64,000 nt of DNA from Phoronis australis (GCA_002633005.1 NMRA01000231.1:576263-640262); one strand, 5' to 3'. Positions 35,510 through 50,100 are shown, numbered from the stretch's first letter. Translations and numbers: made by a program. Notes: a model not told the origin generated them from the sequence alone.

Positions 35510-38500
35510 GGTTTAAATTCTGATACTGGAATTGATGGCATACGTACTAAAATACTTAAACTATCGCTGAAACAATCCCTCAGCTCATTACTTCACTTAT
35601 CAATGTATCATTGAAAACATCAACAATATCATCAGAGTGGAAAACGGCCGTTGTTACGACAAATCATGCTTCGAATATTACAGACCCATTTCAATTATGC
35701 CATCTATATCAAAAATCCTTGAAAAATGGGTCCACAAACAACTTCATTCTTACTTCCAAACTAAAAACATCTTGACTGATGCCCAGTCTGGTTTTCGACT
35801 ACTCCATTCAATATTAACCACTAACATTGTCATCACTGACCCTATTTATTCAAATATGGATCAAGGATTATTGACTGGTGCTGTTTTATTGATCTAAAGA
35901 AAGCACTTGACACCGTCGACCACACTATCTTGCTAAAGAAGTTCAAAGCCTTTGGAGTCGCCGGTGTGGAAGCCAAGTGGTTTCAGAATTGTCTTGGTAA
36001 CAGAACTCGGGCAACCCCTGTGGGCAAATATATCTCTTATCTCAAAACCGTTAAAACAGGTGTTCCCCTAGGGTCTATACTGGGGCCCTTGCTATTCTGC
36101 ATCTTTGTCAATGATCTCCCCTCAGTAATTCAAAATTCTGTATGCGGATGACACTGCAATCCTGTCTGCAGCCACAAACTCATCTGAAATCCAGGCCAAC
36201 ATCCGCTCTGATTAAGCAATCATTTCAGATTGGCTTGTATCCAATAAACTATCCTTAAATGTTTCAAAAACTAAAACTCTTCTATTTGGCACCTTCCAAA
36301 GACTTAGAAACCAAACCCTGTCATTAAGTATGGATGGAAGATCAATTGAGAACGTCAACTCCTTTAAATATCTGGGACTTATATATGATCAAAATCTTTA
36401 ATTCTCTCACCACGTTGATTATATCTCGAAAAAGGTGTCAACGAAATTGGCGTATTGAAACGCATCAGTAAATTTGTTAACAGAGCAACACTGAAAACCC
36501 TTTTTAATGCTATCATTCAACCTCACCTTCATTATTGCCTCCCGGAGTGGGGTGTTGCATCAAGCAAGGATATGAAAACCATCCAGGTTATCCAAAATAT
36601 GGCTGCTCGGATTATTCTGGAAGCTGGTGTTAGAGATATTAATATCGAAAACCTTCATAAAGAGACTGGTATAATGAAAATTCACACAAGATATCAATTC
36701 TTATTTGCTTGTTGTATTTACACATGTTTTAAAGGTCTTGTCACAAGATACTTATGTCCTAAGTTTAAGATGACTACTAATCGCTACAATACTAGGTCCT
36801 CTTCATCATCAACTTTCAATCTTCCTAAACGCAGAAACGAAACTGGGAAAAATTATTTTCCTACAGCGGGCCCTTTTTTGGAACTCTCTTCCTGCAGATG
36901 CCAAATCTAAATCATCCTGTATAAGCTTTAAAAGAATAGTGAGAAATAGATTCAACTTCATGCAGTGTTTAAGAATTGCATGTTTATACATGCGTGTAAA
37001 TATATACGTTGTCTTATTTTTATTAATTTTTGTTGTCTGTTTTTATTTTTTATATTTATAATTTAGCCTGTGTGCCAGATCTCATATCGTTCATCCTTGT
37101 GAGTACTTTGGGGGGGGGGGGCAACTTAGTTTTTTCTATATAGCTAGATAATATACCTATAAATCAAATTTCAAAAAGTTCCCACGTCGACACTTACACA
37201 TTTTTAAAGGTGTTTTTGTTGCACAAAATATTATGCACATTCCTGCCACTTGGAGGCGCTTTTCTATTGCATTGTTGTGCTTAGTTACTTCCATATGGCT
37301 GCTCCCATGGAGTGTAAAGCCTGTATAATTCAAGGTTTATCAAACAGCACAAAACTGTGATGCCAGAACCTGAAGAAGCTTATAGAAGCATCCTGACGAA
37401 AGCTGATGGACTGTGGAACTCTGTAGATCAGTAGATCAAAAAGAAGAAGAGGTGTCACAAACGTTTATGCAGAAACCAGCTGCATGTCCCGGTATAACCT
37501 GTACACAGTGTATTGCTGTACAAGACCAAGTGTCAGACCAAAACTTGAAAGGACACAGAAAGGCATATCAACGTTTCAAGACGCCAGCAGTAGTACTAAA
37601 GCTGAAGCTGCTGAAAGTGATACAGATGTTACTCAAAATTTCCCAAGAAAATCAATTAGACTTCCAAAATTTGAAACACCCAATTAACCTGAACAACATA
37701 GGAGCAATCTGAAACATGAGTGCATTACTTGTTAGCAGGAAAGGTATATGGACCACATTTCAAGAAACAGAAAGAAGTAACAACTTTATAGGTTTGAAAA
37801 ACAGGTATGTGATTTTGAAAGGTACATCTTGGTGTTTTCCAAGTGTGTTTCAATATTATCACCAGTTGTTTTTTTAACTTGTTCAAGCCCTTGGCTGCCT
37901 AGGCCTTAGACAATACCGCTGACCCAGTAGAGACGGTGATCATACCATATATATAGGTATTCCATATGCCGCATGCTTTTCAGCAAATTATGCATCACAC
38001 TGGTTAAACCATAAGTCATGTTTCTATAAGTTTAGAAGTACCGCGTAGAGAGATGCCTCTGAGGAGGCCGTTAATGTATTCAGTTGTTCCCAGTTTAAAC
38101 AAATACTCCTGCAATCCTGTTTTTTAAACACCCTTGTTCAGTTGCCACATCGACACGGCTTACGCCAAGGGATAATCGTATGGCGTTGTACTTTGGGTGT
38201 GATTTTAAGCACTTTAAGTCAAAAATTTTGAGAAGGCTAAATTGAGTAGATGGTTGCAAGCAACATACGCAAGTGGTCTTCATCCCCTGCCGTAATCCTG
38301 GGATAGGAGGAACCTCTTCTCAATTTTTTGTAAATATTAATTACTTAGGTAGCTGCAATGGTAATTAAATTAACGTGCCTGAGTGTCCAGTGTCCCCGTC
38401 GTAATTTGAGGACGGTGGAAGCCACTGTCCATTTCATCAACCATTGATTACCTTAAGTGTAAATCGATTGACTATGGTATGAGCATCTGATTTAAAAAAT

Positions 38501-40490
38501 TAAATTTCAATCACTGCACTGGTATATCAGCTGAATTATTTTCAGTTGCAACAACTAATCTAATTATTAGACGATCAACATTTTAGGCGACTGATCAGAC
38601 GGCGTGTAAATTTGTTAGGCTGGTGGTGGATCAGTTCCCGATAAGTCCGTCTAAAAAATTTGCATGCCAACTCACTCATAGTTAAATGTTAAAATAATGT
38701 TAACATTTCGGGTTTTTTTTTTTCAGTTGGACTTGCATCTCAAGCAACAGCTCAGTCCAGGGCTCTGAATATGCAAATGAAATTCAAAGATAGAGACCTT
38801 GTGTTTTAGAAGCCAAGTACCACAGATCATCATACTATAAAAATTGAAAGACAAAGATTGTGAAGAGTGACAAATCCACAGTTTTCAGAGATGTTTTTCT
38901 ACAGTTTTGTTTGGGGTTCAGTAAATCAAAGCTTCTAACACATGGAGATGTCCGGCATTTGCCTTTCAAAACTAAAGCAAGACTTTGAAGCTGTTCTTCA
39001 AAAAGCTGGTGTGCATGAATTGGACAGGCAGTCTTAAGAAACGACTGTTGAAGATATTCACTGTTGTAGTTTGTGCCCAACTGAGAGATACGAAAGTGAA
39101 TTGAGGCTAGTGTTCAATATTTCATTTGCTGACTCTAATTAACACAGCTCATTTTAGATTTTGAATCAAACGTTTTCCCAAATCCTGCCCATCTCCAAAC
39201 AAGGACTTAGTGTTTGACCCTTCATTGCATGTGGGCCAATTGCCAGTGTGCAATGCTGTACCCTCTCTAATCGACCTTAGTTGGCTCCTTGGCTTTGGAG
39301 CTTTGCAGTTAAAATGTATGGCAATCCCTGCAGTTCCATTGACAGTACTAAATGATGAAAGCTGCAAGTGCTAAAAGAACATGTCTGCTCGGAAACTGAG
39401 CTTGTGCTGCAATGCTGGGTCAAACTGTACAGAAATGTGCAGCTTTGACAACTGTACTAACATCAGCGACTGCATAACATTGGATAGTTCTTTGGAGTGA
39501 CAAGACAACCCTAAATAGACCTCCAACCCCGTTATTCGTTTTTTGTATTAAAAAGTGAATTTTATTTTTTGATTAATTCATAGAAAGTACATACTTTGGT
39601 CATTGTCATGTATTTGTCTCATACTGATTGATAAATGGTGTCAGAGTAATCTATTATTTCCATACAGTCTGTGTGCACATTGACTGAGATCATTCAACTA
39701 TATTGTTTTTGTACTATAATGTATTTCTGGTGTATTATGCAAACATGCTATATTTTACACCATTAGTCAATGGTTCAGTCATTGAGGCACAAAATTTGCT
39801 CAGTCTCAAGCGTTTTGTGTAATTTTTGTGGCCACACAATGCCAGAATAACTTCCTAATAACATTCAGACTTAATTTGCATTTCTGCCACTAGGTGTCAC
39901 TTTACATTTTTTAAATTTCACTGTTTACAATAAGTCTACAATAGTAAAACATGTAATGTCAGTGTATTATTGTTCAATAAAATGACATCGATGGGACCAT
40001 ATCACTTGTTTTACAAAAAAGCATAGCAAAAACTGTTGTTTTTACAAATGTAAGTTCTCTAAGCTCTGTGATGGTTATTATGCAACTCCAAACTCAAATT
40101 TCTCAAAAATGTGCAACTTTAAACGTGGGAACTTTTGAAGAAACTCTAGTAAATGAATTTAAAAACACCAAAATAAAATTGCCCCCCCCCCCCTAAAGTA
40201 CTCACAATTTCCATTTTCTAGAAGCCCTAAAAATTCTGGCCCACAGCCTATTTTAGTTATTTACATGTATCTTGTCTTAATTTCTTTATCTTCTATTTAT
40301 CATATTTTATTTTTATTTTGCTTCACGAACCTTTCCGTGTTAATTTCTTATTCTTTGCTTACTATTTAAATTTGTCTTTCATTGGGAATTCTGTTTATGT
40401 CTTACTATCTGTTTGTTTTTACTGAGGGCCTACGTGGAAAGCAGTGTGAACTGGTGGGCTACCTTCATTGTAAATATTACATTGATAAAT
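35510..40490 (+). mobile_element. 5'-truncated CR1-group (Crack/Daphne-like) LINE; RT at 35510-36960, 3' UTR split by an Academ insertion
   Basis: YRPISIMPSISKILEK, QSGFR, DLKKALDTVDH, GVPLGSILGPLLF, YADDT, LSLNVSKTK, FKYLG. T-rich UTR at 36960-37063 resumes at 40251 and ends with the clade-typical agggcc...ggaaagcag...ctg...ggctacc motif (40424-40470). Confidence 0.88.
37064..40250 (+). mobile_element. Degenerate Academ DNA transposon
   Basis: TAG...CTA termini (tagcctgtgtgccaga / tctggcccacagccta), long imperfect TIR with G/C tracts; relic LQTRT*CLTLHCMWANCQ, W...PAVP, SCKC...CTEMCSFDNCTN (XPG-end and CXC domain) at about 39190-39460. Confidence 0.85.
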
Positions 40491-41500
40491 TCTAGGGAAA
40501 TTGACGTTAATTCCAAAACCGGTACCGGTATTTCACGCTTCCAAAAATTGTTCGTTTTGCGTTAGAATTGCCTAATAACTTGTACGCCGAAAAGGATCAA
40601 TAGCTAATGAGGGACCCTGGATATCGTGATGTAATGGGGCTGTTCAAGGAGGTGCACCTGATGTACTAGTGTTGATTGATTTGCGCATTCTTCGCTGTCT
40701 GCATGTAAACAGCTGCTAAGAAGAATTGCTATCAAAATACGTCGTCAAGCTAAGCCATATTATTGCTATTTTCCTGGGTGCAAATCTCCGACAAGTGAAC
40801 ACAAATTCCCAAGAGACCTAAGGTTACTACAGGCGTGGAGAATTGCAGTCAAAAGGGTGCATCAAATGACAAAAGGTGTGTAGATGCCGAAACCTCACTC
40901 CCCGTGTGTGTGCTCTATGCATTTCCATTGAAAGACTACATAATCTCATTACTTGGTAAGTTTTTAGCAATTAAGTTTCTATCGACATCTCTCACTGATG
41001 TTATGTCCACCAGTTACCACAAAACTTGAGACCACCCCATACATTTGTAACTTAGTCAAGATTTGATGTTCATTGACTGTGCATAATTACATAGTGTACA
41101 TGACCCCCAACCAATACCACGTTTTCTTTTTTTACAAGTTGAACACTGGACCTGGCTTCCTTTAGCTATTCTGAACAACCGGTGAATGTATTAAAAAACT
41201 AGGTAAACAGCACCACAAAAAAATTGAAAAAGTAGTTACTTTTCGTTTTTTTGTAAGAATCATATGGAAAGAGAAAATTTAAAGTTCTCATTATACTGTA
41301 GTGTTAAAATACATGTATGTATTGCATCATCATCTAGAACAAAGTTCTCATCAAATCACCAGGCGTTCCCGACTTAAAGTTCAACAGGACATGTTTTCAG
41401 ATAGACCCCCGTGCCACAAGTCAATCCTGGTATACATGCGCTGTACAAGTTAATGTAGACGCTTGGTGCTCAGAATTGTTATAGAACAACGTTCACTTAC

Positions 41501-41624
41501 GAGGTATTTCCTGTACTTGCTTTACATTCCAACTCAACGTCATCCCGCACAGTCATATGTGAAAATATGTCTTTAGGATAGTCTTCTTGAAGTCGTATCG
41601 TGCTTATCGTAGCTTCTTTTCTCA
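41501..41624 (-). CDS. Ig-superfamily adhesion gene, coding exon 2 (first half of Ig1: VRKEATISTIRLQEDYPKDIFSHMTVRDDVELECKASTGNT)
   Basis: ttgattttag acceptor, gtaagt donor, 124 nt, phase 1-2. Joins exon 1 and exon 3 in frame and supplies PxD and VxLxC of Ig1. Too short to appear in the ORF track. Confidence 0.88.
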
Positions 41625-41877
41625 CTAAAATCAAAACAAATACGTATTTTATACGACCAAACTAAACAAAATCCTCCTTACGCAACTCGCAGTCCAAGTA
41701 CAAGAAATAACGATAGCGACCAAGGTCGAGATTGAATCCCGCAACACTCGGATGGCTGTGACAGTTTCAACACCAAACGTCCGTAACGATAACACCCTGT
41801 AAAAAGTCTATCCACAATAAATTATTTATTGTCTCTTTGCTGTCTGATATTTTGTACTGGAATGACGTTACGTCCAG

Positions 41878-42245
41878 GGCCCAGTCTCTAATTTCTTTAC
41901 TCAAAATGGAACTCGAAATTATGTTAGACATTTTGTACTCTACTTCTATGCGAACTCTAGATAAGTGTCTATTATTCTGTGCTCGACTACATTGTAACTT
42001 ATTAGTTCTAGTTTGCAGTTGATAAACCAAGCATTAAGGCATACATTTCGAGTTTGAACTTGATATTTTTGCAAGAATATAACTGTCTTCAAATGCAAAC
42101 TTGGACTAGAAACTCATATTCATAAAATATAATGTATTCGAGCACAGCCTGATAACCACTTATCTTGAGGTCGCACACAAGGAGTAGACAAGTTGCCAAA
42201 AATAATTTCGAGTTCGTTTCGAGTACAAAGATTAGAGACTGCGCC
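41878..42245 (+). mobile_element. PIF/Harbinger-type MITE
   Basis: TIR ggcccagtctctaat / attagagactgcgcc, CAG 3-bp TSD on both sides. Confidence 0.8.
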
Positions 42246-44992
42246 CAGGTCTTAAGTCACATTAACTAGAAAACTGCCACGTGTCCAGATAGTGGGGAGT
42301 TTATTTGGAAAATTTCCTCTTAAAAGCCAACTCATCGTCACGAATTCAGTTATGTGGAGCTTTTATTATTGACAAAAACGAGCAGTGTTGTCGAACTAGG
42401 CACTTAATATCAAACTGAAAGGTGCACTTTAAGTAAAAAAAATGTCAAAGTTAGGAATCCTCTTAATCCCGGCTTTCGTGTTTTCGGTTCATGTCAACGT
42501 CTTCATCCAGCTCCTGCTGGCATGAGCGTAGCGAAAATTATGACTTTCCGTTTACACACACCTCAATTCAAATATGCAGCCATGGACTTACCTACGAAAA
42601 ATCCCGGTATTATACAGGCCTACACGGAATCAAATATCAATCCATAATCTACACAGATTAGCCCTGTTACCAAACGATGTACAAAACAGACGAAGAGGTA
42701 AATGAATGTATGGTGGTTGGTGTTGTTTGAGGTGGATATGAATCCACTGGTAAAATTTTCAGTGAGGGGCTATGTAGATCTTTTACGTAAGAGAATCGGT
42801 TGTCTGTAACGTTTCATGTGCGTCAACAACGCAAACCAGACCCACTCATTGAAAAGCCCATATTTGTCACCAGGAATACTCTTCACAACGCAGCCCGGCC
42901 GATATTTCAAGTGAGATAGCGCAGTTTTGAAAAGATTTCGTCTCTTGCCGAGAACGGTTTTTGAGCATCGGCAAGGCAAGCCGAATATTTCATATTGAGA
43001 AAGCACATCTTTGAAAAGAAGAACCAACACTTGTTGGGAACGGTCTTTGTGCGTCGACGACGCACATTTCTTATTGGGAAAACCAGATTTTCAAAAATTA
43101 ATCGCTCAGACCATTTGAGTCTCATTTACCTGCAATTATACTGCTATCAAATGACCGAGCCAGCATTGACTGCGACCGCTCATCGAAATAATGTACACCC
43201 ACGAAATTCGGACACCAGCGGAAACCCAAATTTGGAGGTCCGCCAAATTCGGACACCACAAAATGATATTTCGCGAGATTCGTCCAAGAATGAATTTTTT
43301 CTATTGGAATTAATTTTCAGTGTATCCGAAAATCACGCGACTCTACCGTATATTACTTCTATCGGAAATTGGTACCTTTTAAAATTGTTCGCGTTTGCAC
43401 ACGTCGAACTAAGACCTAGTTCTCCATGGAACACGCTGATTGAAGGATGTTTCATCGAAATTAGAATCCCGTTGTAAAAATATATCCCGTAGACGATAAC
43501 AGACAGTCGCACCTTCAAAACAGCTAACCAACCCAAAAAACACGAACCCCGACATTGAAAAAAAGATTTCGAGTATCCGACAGGAAATCCAATTTTTAAA
43601 AATTTCTTAAACGATTTCGGTCAGTAGTCTCAAACTTCAAGTTATGTTCAAGTACTTTTCAGTTGTTTCCTTCATATCAATGTTAAATTTGTTTGTTAAT
43701 AAGACAGAACTTATACTTCGTTGACTTTGTTATTTTAGATTTATCAGTAAAACTCGTGCAACATGCCTGTGGGCAAATTTCAAGATAATCTATAGCCTAC
43801 ACTAAACACCATATTATCTCGGTGCGTATTTAGGTAATTTCAGATTATCTGAGTAATTTTCTCAAAATACTTATAAAAATGAAAAAATATATTGATGACA
43901 CTGGTTTGCCATTATTGATTAACTCCTTTAATTATCGTATTTTCTATTTACTAGTCCAGAGTTCATCCGCGACACGATCACTTTCCGGAATTTGAAATGG
44001 GGCGCAACAAATATTCGCTCAAAAACCTACACCGTCACCAGTTTCGCTGTTGTTGCCATCTAGAAATGTAACTCAACCCTTCATCGATCATTGAAACAAA
44101 ATTTGGAATCCGAATTTCTGAACTCAATGCACTCACACTCTTTTTGGCGGATCAGTGCTGCAAAACTTGTTCTGAAATTTGCTTTGCTATGACATTGCTA
44201 CAAATGCAAAAAATGAAACCGATAATTTGTTGTGACATGTACGGAATTTCCTAGAACAGTTGATTGAAGAATAGGGAAAAAAGAAACTGGCCGTTAGGTA
44301 ATGCAACATTTCATGGCGCCGGAAGAAGAAGCTAAATATTGCACTACAACTTTAACAGCAGAATAACGGAAGAACACGAATCAGACATAAGTTGCCTAAA
44401 ATTCGGATTGCTCTAAAATCCCCTGGATCCCCACAACCCTCGACCCGCAACCCCGTCGACCCAGAACCCCCTCAACCCACGAGCCCCCGCAACCCACGAC
44501 CTGTGGGAACAGAGGTATCTTTGCGCTTTTTAAATATTTCACAATCTTATTTCGTCGCTGAGTGACTCCTTGAAGACATAACTGCCGTCACATGGTGGAA
44601 CAGAGAGGTCGACGTGTTCACTGGCGTCGCAGGTTTTTGCGAAAAAAAAATCAAAAGAAAAACACATTCACGTAAGAAATCGACTTTTGTGAAGAAGCTC
44701 TGAAAGACTGATAAAGTGTTGTCTGAGATAAAATCAGTGAAATTCTCAGTTGAACCTTGAGCATTTCATCATGATTCGCGCTTCATTGTAGCCGAGTTTG
44801 TTTCTTGATTGTCAGTTATGGGACTTTCGATACGGACGTTTAATTTAGTTTACCCCTTTTGGTAAATAATCTTGCATGAGTGGCGCACCATAGGGGGCTG
44901 AGGGCTATAGATCCCCCCACATATTTCAGTGCTGCCCAGCCCAAGTATTGATGCAATCAATTCGAAATTTGAGTGTCCCTGTATGAGACGGT

Positions 44993-45629
44993 GGCCCAGT
45001 CTCTAATCTTTCTACTCTAAAAGAACTCGGAATTATTTTTGGCAATTTCTCTTCTCCTGCGATATCCCATTTCGAATTCATTTCATCTGGGAATACCCCA
45101 ACTCGAATTTCGGTCTCGTTCGGACATTCCCAGGTGAAATGAATTCGAGATAGAATTTGGCAATAATAATCCTATGTATATGGAATAACCTATATTTATG
45201 TCCTAATCAAATTGCATTGTTTTAACCGCCTACCGACAAGGTTTTCACCGATCAACATAAAGCATTTTTTCAAAACAAATTGTTATTGGGAACTTCTCTG
45301 CTCCTTTTTTCGCGAAATTAATCAGACTGTGCTCGAATACATTGTACTTCATGCTTATGTGTTTCTAGTCCAAGTTTGCACTTGAAAACCCCTATATTTG
45401 TGTTACAAATGCCAGTAAAAACTCGATATTTCGAGTTAAAACTTAAACTTTTAGCCTAAATCTTGGATTTATCAACTGCAAACTAGGACTAATATATTAT
45501 CCACGAAAGTCATTGTGTACTTGAGCATAAAATATTAGACACTTATCTTTAGTTTGCACTAAAGTAGAGTAGAAAATGCCAAATATAATTTAAAGTTCCA
45601 TTTCGAAAAAAAAGGTTAGAGACCGGGCC
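44993..45629 (-). mobile_element. Second, inverted copy of the Harbinger MITE with extra internal sequence
   Basis: TIR ggcccagtctctaa / ttagagaccgggcc; 45325-45629 is the reverse complement of 41878-42150. Confidence 0.75.
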
Positions 45630-45763
45630 CTGGGTCGCTTGACTGGACTAGCTGGAGTTCGGTGGTGTTCTATAGTCAAGCAAATCATAGACAACAAAGC
45701 AAGAACGCAGAAAACATTACTCAAACCACTGATAACGATCCAGTTTAATATAATTTAGCTTAC

Positions 45764-45818
45764 CTGCACTGTGTGCGCAGCTTAGCATTAGTAACAACGA
45801 TATTACTTTGACAATCAT
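45764..45818 (-). CDS. Ig-superfamily adhesion gene, coding exon 1 (signal peptide MIVKVISLLLMLSCAHSA)
   Basis: ATG at 45818, hydrophobic core with small residues at the cleavage site, phase-1 gtaagc donor; splices in frame to exon 2. Confidence 0.85.
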
Positions 45819-47084
45819 TGCAGAAAGCCTCCTTCAAGATTTAGTCGTCTGCCGATACTACCTACGTTACGGCTGCTACATGGTGCACGTGGAAAACTTC
45901 TGCATTTGCACGTGCTACTGAGAAGCCGGAGTGAATGTTGGCATAACCAGCACATTCGGGGTCAACTATCCGCTTGTCCTATCATTCCACTGACAGTATT
46001 GACGTTGTAACAGACCTGACATTTTGACTTAAGAAATTAAAATGGGGTCGATATTCGGCTACAACTTAAAGAACTGGGTTGCGTTTGCATTTCGGGGAAG
46101 GAAGAAAGAAAGCAAGGCAAAGTAAATCTCAATGTGTTACTTAATGAGCTTGATGTTCACTACTCTGCACGATTCAGCTTTATCATGCAAGTCACAAGTT
46201 ATGTTAAGGGGGTATATACACTGGTCAAATCTCCAGTTTCCTATCAAAAATAAGTATAAAGGGGGTTTTTACTAGTTAGAAATAACTCTGAAAGTGACAA
46301 AAATCGAAAAAAGTTTATATTGTACTTAGTTTTTTAATTTAAAAAAATCCAAATTTACCTCGAACTTTTATCCAAAATGCACAGATATTATCATCAACTG
46401 TTTCCTTACGCAATATTCTACTTATGTATACCAAATATATGTACAAAATCATTATGATCTTGATTTTGTGACATTTTTGCGTTTCATTTGTGGCAAGTAC
46501 GCCACTTTCAGTAATTTGGTTACTTTCCGTCTAATTACTAAAAATCTAGTCCATATACCAAAAAACCCTGGCATGCGAGTATACATGTACTTCAGTTCTA
46601 GAGGATTTCAAGTTTGCAAATTTCGTAAAAATTGACCCACGTGTTGCGGAAAAATAAGCCCGAGAATCTTGTCACTGCTCTGAAAACACAAGCCAAGAAG
46701 AACGGCTTTGAAGTAAAGCGGGTATCTATTGCCACTTGAGGTCAAAATTCGTTCAGAATTCGCGGTCATTATGTTCCAATTTTTTGATGTACATGTATTA
46801 GAAATAAAGCTGATATTTACTTCATGTTTAGAAAATGTGACATACCTGTTTGTTTACAGCCTAATTTTAATCATTTTTGTGAACTTGCGAAGCACAACAG
46901 ACGACCAAAACAAATGTGGCTGTCACGTGGGCGGAGCTTAGCGTTGATCTATTGTCTGCTGTTCTGGTGTGCGACCACACATCATTAAAACCATGTGTTA
47001 ATTGTTTGTGCGACTTATCTGAACTCTCCACTCAGTGTGGTGAAAGACTAACTATATTACCTATTTGCTAGTATTCCAATATCA

Positions 47085-47175
47085 TATGTAGTTACCGTCT
47101 CTTCATCAACCAATATATGTGTTATATCCAATCGCCGCGTTACTGTGTACATACCAATATTGGCGACGAGGATAA
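47085..47175 (+). mobile_element. LTR retrotransposon 5' LTR end / primer-binding-site remnant
   Basis: ...ccaatat-TGGCGACGAGGAT at 47161, a common Gypsy PBS sequence; no internal region follows. Confidence 0.45.
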
Positions 47176-50100
47176 AGAACTACTTTCATCATAATGATTC
47201 AACCGTAGACATCTTAAAGGCCTAGTATGGTGCCAAAATGACTAGTATTACATCTAAAATGCATTTATTGATGAAAAACATCAAAATTCTGAGTCATGGC
47301 ATACCCCAGTCGTTAATTAAGTAGGCCTTCGACAATACAATAGCCCTATCACGAACCCCATTTAGCTCCAAAAAACTTGAGATGGCGCTTGCACTAATCG
47401 AAGTCTATGAAATCATCGTTACAACGAATTTGGCATTCACCGTGTCTCCACAGCATTGGAATCAGAGATGACTGGTCATTTAATTTTGTGCAAAATCAAT
47501 GGAAAATCATAGAAACATATTAATTTCCCATTTCATATCAGTTAATATTAAAATTAATCAAAATCACTACCTTTAGAATTTGTATTCAATTATTTTGCAC
47601 ACATTCTAATAAGGGCCCGTATTGGAATCCCCGGGAGTGTGACTGGCGCCGTCTAAACAGCCGGAAAAACAAAACGATTCGTCTGAATTGTTAGCAGCAA
47701 TGTCTCAATGTTTATTATAAAATGTTATTTGTTTGATACAAAAACTTTGATGTTTGGAACTTTGCATCCATGTGTCTTTTTGAAGCCAAAGGTGTGAACG
47801 CTGCGCAATTCCAATACTGGCGGCTGTGGAGTGTGTGTCCCATATTGGTATAGACGACAGTAGGCCGTTTAATTTGATGCAAAATGCTTGGAAACGTTAC
47901 AGCACATATCAGCTTGATGTTTTCGCACAATGCAATTACATTCAAATTCATTGAAAATTTTATATTAGAAACTCAATTAAAATAAGTCACCTTGAAATGC
48001 TACAACCCGTAATCGCCGCCATTTTTACTCGGTCAAGGTAAAAAATGAAAATTTACTAGCAACACAACATTGTGCGTGTCTGTGATAAATTAAAACTACG
48101 AAAGAAAAACTGGATTGCATAAAAATATACTCAATCATAAGAATTTGTAATCAATCGAACGTTTTAAATTCAGTATCAGAATTCCGCTAGGCCTACGGGA
48201 ACGACCCAAATGAGACAGAATATTCCGGATTTGGGCCGGATTCCCTATACTCTGGGCCGAAACAGTGACACGAAACGTCGAAGTGCACACTTCTGATATT
48301 TTGTAGCCTACTAGCTAGCTGTTTGAAGACTATCCCCAAAATACAGCTAGGTCACACTGAGACTTGAGCTCTGTTAAACTATAGACTATAGACTGTAGTC
48401 TATCACGAAATTTCATACAGACCGGGTATGAGTTGTGTTAGTCACCTCGTCATGATACTTATATTTCAGAGCCAACGACCGACGGCCGGGGTGCATGCAA
48501 AATCTGGGAGACAATTCGGACACTCACTTTGCCTGTTGCCAGTCGTTTAAAGACCTGGTTTCAAAATGCCCATGTGGTTCCAGTATCCGAAAATACTTAC
48601 TACATAAAATCTTATTTTCGACACCCTTTCTTTATATTCTTTTCGCCTTTCTTGCCAAAAGCGATTTTTAACAGTATTTGACCCTTCTCTGTGAGCTTAT
48701 AATTACCGGCTGTCATCGGTTATTTCCGTACCCACATTTCCGGCTCATGAGTTCAGGAACTTGTCCTGAACGCCGCCATTTCTTCCTTGTAACTGAATGT
48801 GCTAGCGCTTGCTCGGAAAGTCTTCATTATTTTGTTTTATCAGTAATATCTCGTGATTCGTTTGCATACGTAGTGTATTTCTAGTTTGTAGTTAATGGTC
48901 GTTGATTTTTTTGGAATGTCACGCGTACTTATTATGTTAAAATAGCTTGGTGTTTAGTTCCTTACGTAGGCTAATCGAACCTAGGGACCAATATGGGTCG
49001 AACCTATTTTTATTTTTTTCCTCGTTTTGAAAAAGTACTTTGCTATCATCGGAAAGGTAGTGCATTCTACTCAGTAAAAATCGAAAAAGTGTGAAAATCT
49101 GGGCAAGTAGTGTAAAGTTATTGCAATTTTTTTGGCGAAATTTGGGTCACTTTGTTTGGATCGCGTCGGCCATATTGGGAGACAGCGGGATAAGTTACGA
49201 ATTTAAAACTTTGTGTAAATTGTTTTCGCCAACAATTTACGGCGAAATATAGTAAGACATGTCTTTACTTACTATTCTGCACGGTTCAACAGTGTTCACC
49301 AAATTTCAGCCTCGCAATTTTTACTCGTTAAGTGATAAATGTACACACAATTCCCGTTGGACTTCGTCTCATTTCTGGCGGCACCGACAACATGGCGACT
49401 TTTGCTGAACTGAAAGGCATGTTCAACCGGCTGTTTTGTAACTTGTGAAGATTTAACGTTGATACATTTTGTCCAACGTTGCTACAAAAAAGGAACTTTG
49501 TTCCACTTTCGTATTTTTGTGCAAAAATATAAGATATATTCGAATTATTTTACTATGAATTTCCCATTCAGGTGATCTTACACTAAGCTAAAAAAATATT
49601 TGATATAATTTTGAAATGTTTTTTGTTTGACTGTCAACTGCTGTTTAAGGCTTGATTCAGAGTCATAAAATGATTTATATTATTCTAAATTTTAAGTCTC
49701 AATTGCTTTGAAGTCATGTTTTATAACTTATTGCTTCTTAATTCAGGTTATCAAGTCAACAATATGTTGGATTGTGAAGCTCCAAGCCTCCAATTCTTGT
49801 TCCTTGCAACTTAATATTTTTTTTAATCATGCTTGTCAAATTCTGGTGTAAGAAAACACTATTCGGTCACCATGGTAATAGTTACATGTATGTCCCATTT
49901 CATATCATGGAAACTTTTGCTGTTGAATAGTGTTTGTAATGCTAAATGTTATAAAGTATTGTGTATGTTAAAAGGTTGAACCATTTTTGGTTAATGAATA
50001 AAAATGATAACATTTTGTATTGGACTTGTCACACTTATTTGTTCAAACAAGCCCCCTATTTGGAGAACTGAATATAGGTCAGCCTCAGTCAGAGAAGCAC

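Noticed and set aside
46205-47240. Additional Kolobok starts (ttaagggggt, ttaaaggcct)
   Set aside because: No matching opposite termini found.
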